A DNA stretch of 63,572 nucleotides, counting the filler, from Asterionella formosa (taxonomy: Eukaryota): the NCBI GenBank assembly GCA_002256025.1. It is 17 parts of 17 records of this genome, joined end to end, with 100 filler letters (N's around TTAATTAATTAA, not from the genome) between each part and the next. Parts side by side here need not be neighbours in the genome. Positions count along the whole stretch, not along the records: positions 59,587 to 61,529 come from NKIB01000806.1; positions 61,630 to 63,572 come from NKIB01000807.1; 15 more parts are not named here. One strand, given 5' to 3'. A model generated the notes under the pieces. It was not told the origin of the DNA, ran no database searches, and saw only the letters and a list, made by a program, of their open reading frames with translations. Made by a program: the position numbers and the translations under genes. Numbering within the stretch: position 1 is the first letter of the stretch; each line of letters starts with the position of its first letter. This document shows, piece after piece, positions 60,213 through 63,572 of the stretch.

Positions 60213-61211
60213 ATGAAGCTTCTGGGGATGTTTCTTTTCGTTCTCGTTGCTGCAACTGTTGTCGTTGATGTGTCGGCTTCGAAGGCCTCAGCGAAGTGTG
60301 AGAAAAAGCCTGGATTCTATTATGGGCCCGACAGCAAAGGCAAAATGAAATGTATCAAGGCATGCGATGCAGTGAAGAATGAGGTAGTTTTGTTTGGACA
60401 AACATTTCCTTGCAATTCTACTACATCGTTGGTTTTATTCAATGCTGCATCAGGAGTCATTCCACAATCCATTATTGGACTCACAAAGTTGACTACCTTG
60501 GACCTCTACAACAATAAAATCACGGGGACAATTCCAAGTGCTTTGGGTCGATTGACGAAGTTAAATTATTTGGACCTCAGCAAGAATGAGCTCACGGGGA
60601 AGATTCCCAGTGCCTTGGGTCGATTGACAAAGTTGAGTTTTTTGCACCTCGGTTCCAATGCACTTAATGGGATCATTCCCAGTGCATTGGGTGGATTGAC
60701 TTTGATAGATTCTTTGGACCTTAGTTACAATCAACTTACGGGGACCATTCCCAGCAGTGTATTGGGTGGATTGAAAAAGTTGAAATATTTGTACCTCAGT
60801 TCAACTGCACTCAATGGGACCATTCCCAGTGCGTTGGGTGGGTTGACGAAGTTGTACTTTTTGTTCCTCTTTGACAATGAGCTCACTGGGACCATTCCCA
60901 GTGCGTTGGGTGGATTGACGGAGTTGAATACATTGTACCTTAGTTACAATAAACTCAATGGGACCATTCCCAGTTTGTTGGGTGGATTGACGAGTTTGAA
61001 TGATTTGTACATTGATGACAATAAACTCACGGGGACCGTTCCCAGTTCGTTGGGTGGATTGACCATGTTGTATCAATTGTACCTCTTTGGCAATGAACTC
61101 ACGGGGACAATGCCAGATGATATTTGTCTCATTGAAGATCTTGATCTCACTGCTGACTGCCTCAGTGAAGTGACATGTTCTTGTTGTGATACCTGCTTTC
61201 AGATTTCATGA
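60213..61211 (+). CDS. Secreted leucine-rich repeat protein (9 plant-type 24-aa LRRs, Cys-rich caps)
   Basis: Signal peptide MKLLGMFLFVLVAATVVVDVSA, LxxLxLxxNxLTGTIPSxLGxL repeats and C-cap LTADCLSEVTCSCCDTCF. No transmembrane or kinase domain. Confidence 0.92.
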   Translation: MKLLGMFLFVLVAATVVVDVSASKASAKCEKKPGFYYGPDSKGKMKCIKACDAVKNEVVLFGQTFPCNSTTSLVLFNAASGVIPQSIIGLTKLTTLDLYNNKITGTIPSALGRLTKLNYLDLSKNELTGKIPSALGRLTKLSFLHLGSNALNGIIPSALGGLTLIDSLDLSYNQLTGTIPSSVLGGLKKLKYLYLSSTALNGTIPSALGGLTKLYFLFLFDNELTGTIPSALGGLTELNTLYLSYNKLNGTIPSLLGGLTSLNDLYIDDNKLTGTVPSSLGGLTMLYQLYLFGNELTGTMPDDICLIEDLDLTADCLSEVTCSCCDTCFQIS

Positions 61212-62574
61212 ATTTGATTAACACGAAGCAACAGAAAATTTTCCTACTGGGGAAAACCGGATAGGTCTGAATATTACAACTATTTGTCATATAAATGTAA
61301 TCATGAACATATCTATTTAAGTTTCTTAGTGCATGCTCACTCTATGTGTACCTGTTCCATGCATAAAATCAATGTATCAGCTATACTGATCTGCTGAATC
61401 TATCAAAGCTATGATACCAGGGAGTTTGTGGACATTGACCTTGCCCGAAATGGCATGCTCGCAGCAAATAGGGTTTGCATTATGATCATAAGACATGTCA
61501 ATCATCCTAAAGCAAGGTATACCGGTTTANNNNNNNNNNNNNNNNNNNNNNNNNNNNNNNNNNNNNNNNNNNNTTAATTAATTAANNNNNNNNNNNNNNN
61601 NNNNNNNNNNNNNNNNNNNNNNNNNNNNNTATTATTAAAATCATAGCATTGTTGCTATTGTCGCACATAATTCTGTTAAGGCGATATGTTCAGCATTCTG
61701 CTGGTTTTTTATTAGGCACATCGGCCACTAACTGACCAACAGGAGGGTTCATGACCATTAAAATTTCCTGGGCAGATTCATCAAAGTCGGCAGGTATGGC
61801 CCTCGGCACAGTACCCTAACCAGACATCATCATAGGGTTAACCCATGGATTTGCTTGTATAAAACATGCACGGAAGAAATAACATGAATAGCGTTAGCTG
61901 TGTTAGTATGATAATTTGCTCCACGTAGAATTTCTACGACAGGAGAGGAACAGGAACCACAGGATTCCAAACAGGAACAAGGTTAGTAGTGTTAGTAATG
62001 TTAACTCCATGAATCTTATGTTTGACTGTTGTTTCATATCCCATGCGTGGCCGGCTGCACTAAAATGCATGTGCCCTGCCATCACCACTGAGTATAAAAT
62101 TATCATGTACAAATTTACGCTTGAAATGGTGTTTGTATTCTTGATACATCACAGGACTGTATTTAGCAATGCGAAGACGATCTTTTGTTAAAATTGACAC
62201 CAGTCACGCTTATTTTCTTGATGCGTCATGGAATTGTCTTCAACTTCAACTATTTATTTACGATTTTGTGTTAGAAAATTGACACCAGGCACGCGCGTTC
62301 TCTCGACATAACACGATTGCCTTCAGCGATGCGAAGTCGATTTTGGCTCATGGTAGAACTCATGCTTGAGGATGTGCTTGAGTTGATCTTTGAATGATTG
62401 TTGACTCTCGAAGTAAGTCAAAACCAAGCGAATCAATTTTTTTTCTTTTCATTGTTCCACTCAAACACTTGTTGCCACGCATTGTCGATCAAGCAAAATG
62501 ACAATCAACCTCAAATCTTCCTTGGCGGAAACCTCTTGATCTTCTGCATGAGTTATCACGAGTTTTAGGAGCAT

Positions 62575-63295
62575 CTTTAAGGTCTTGAGACAGGCAGCAA
62601 AGTCGAAGTCGATTATAAACATGTTGAAATGTTTTATTGAGTAATATCATGGCATCCAGCCACTGTTATTGACTCTCAGAGATATCATGAAGAAGGTAAT
62701 CTTCCAGCCACATCACTATGACTTTCTTGTTGAGACTGTTATGTTGGGACTGAGCATCTGAGTGTATTGCAACGCTCATCCAGTCAGACAAGACGATATC
62801 TGTGAGTCATCTTTTGTAGCAGTAGGTGAACAAGCAAGGAATCTGCTGGACTGAAAATATATGTGTTAGCCATATCACAGGATTTACTGAAATCAATAAC
62901 AAGCTTCCCCTGGCTGAGCGTCAATTGATCATTTCTTTGCTGTAAGACTCCAAAAGTCGACCTGGCTTGTAAGGATACACAAAGAAGTTTGAATCTTGAT
63001 GTTTAGTATGTTGTTATCCTTCATCAATGGGACCACTGGAACTTGAGAGGACATCAACAATATTAATTCTAATTGGACTCCTTTTGAATTCAAAGTGAAG
63101 TATCTAACTAGAAGTAGTAGTATTTGTTGAATATATGAGCTTATTTGTTAATCCTTGTGTGTAACTCGTTCTCCAAGTCGACACCAAAATATACAATGAG
63201 GGTTAGTCGAGTTCTCTCATTATTGAGTTCTTATACATATATGATATAACACTAACCCTATATACATCTGTATTGATGCGCAAGATCGCTCAACT
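62575..63295 (-). mobile_element. Gypsy 5' end: LTR 63295-63096, leader and degenerate gag
   Basis: Reverse complement matches the 39409 LTR (AGTTGAGCGATC...GATACTTCA) and the gag start. Confidence 0.82.
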
Positions 63296-63423
63296 GGTAA
63301 CTGGTACCAGGTACCTGGTACCTGGGTCGCAACCTTAACTTCGTGTATACTCCTATATACTGTATTTATTTTATGTTCGGATTACATTGTTTTATTACCG
63401 GTAAACTTTATACCTTAATATAC

Positions 63424-63451
63424 CCGTATACTTCATTGTCCTGGACCCCCC
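63424..63451. mobile_element. Probable DNA transposon terminus shared with 59587-59614
   Basis: CCGTATACTTCATTGTCCTGGACCCCCC is the exact reverse complement of 59587-59614, where it is followed by TA (Tc1/mariner/pogo-like). Confidence 0.5.
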
Positions 63452-63572
63452 CTATGGTTGCTGGACCCCCCTGTACATTTTTCTCGAGGTGGAACCAAAC
63501 ACCCAATAATTTTCTTGTCATAGACAAAGTAACGTGCCATAATTCTTTTTGTCCTCGTAGGCACTAGTATGT

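Overview
This is eukaryotic nuclear DNA, almost certainly from a diatom. Evidence: short GT-AG introns, bipartite signal + ASAFAP-type plastid presequences, and diatom-typical protein and transposon families. It is not one locus. It is 17 contigs joined by an artificial 100-bp linker (N44-TTAATTAATTAA-N44): one 30.8-kb contig (6133-36981) and sixteen contigs of about 1.94-1.95 kb. The long contig carries an OGFOD3-like oxygenase with degenerate metal ligands, SEC22, a PP2C phosphatase, a plastid-targeted coiled-coil protein, VAC14, a PhyH dioxygenase, CSN5, plastid ribosomal protein bS21 and a UVRAG/Vps38 homolog, interspersed with transposon debris. The short contigs hold Gypsy, Harbinger, Crypton-like and Tc1/mariner/pogo remnants, decayed host-gene fragments (ATG9, PGRL1), a CREST-like membrane protein, a bacterial-type AAA ATPase and a secreted LRR protein with a hypervariable binding face. 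The most striking unexplained signal is a highly iterated palindrome. TACCGGTA occurs at least 49 times by eye against about 1 expected, and TACCWGGTA is similarly abundant. It is nearly absent from exons, sits just upstream of most start codons and abuts several transposon ends. Family assignments come from motif recognition, not database searches.
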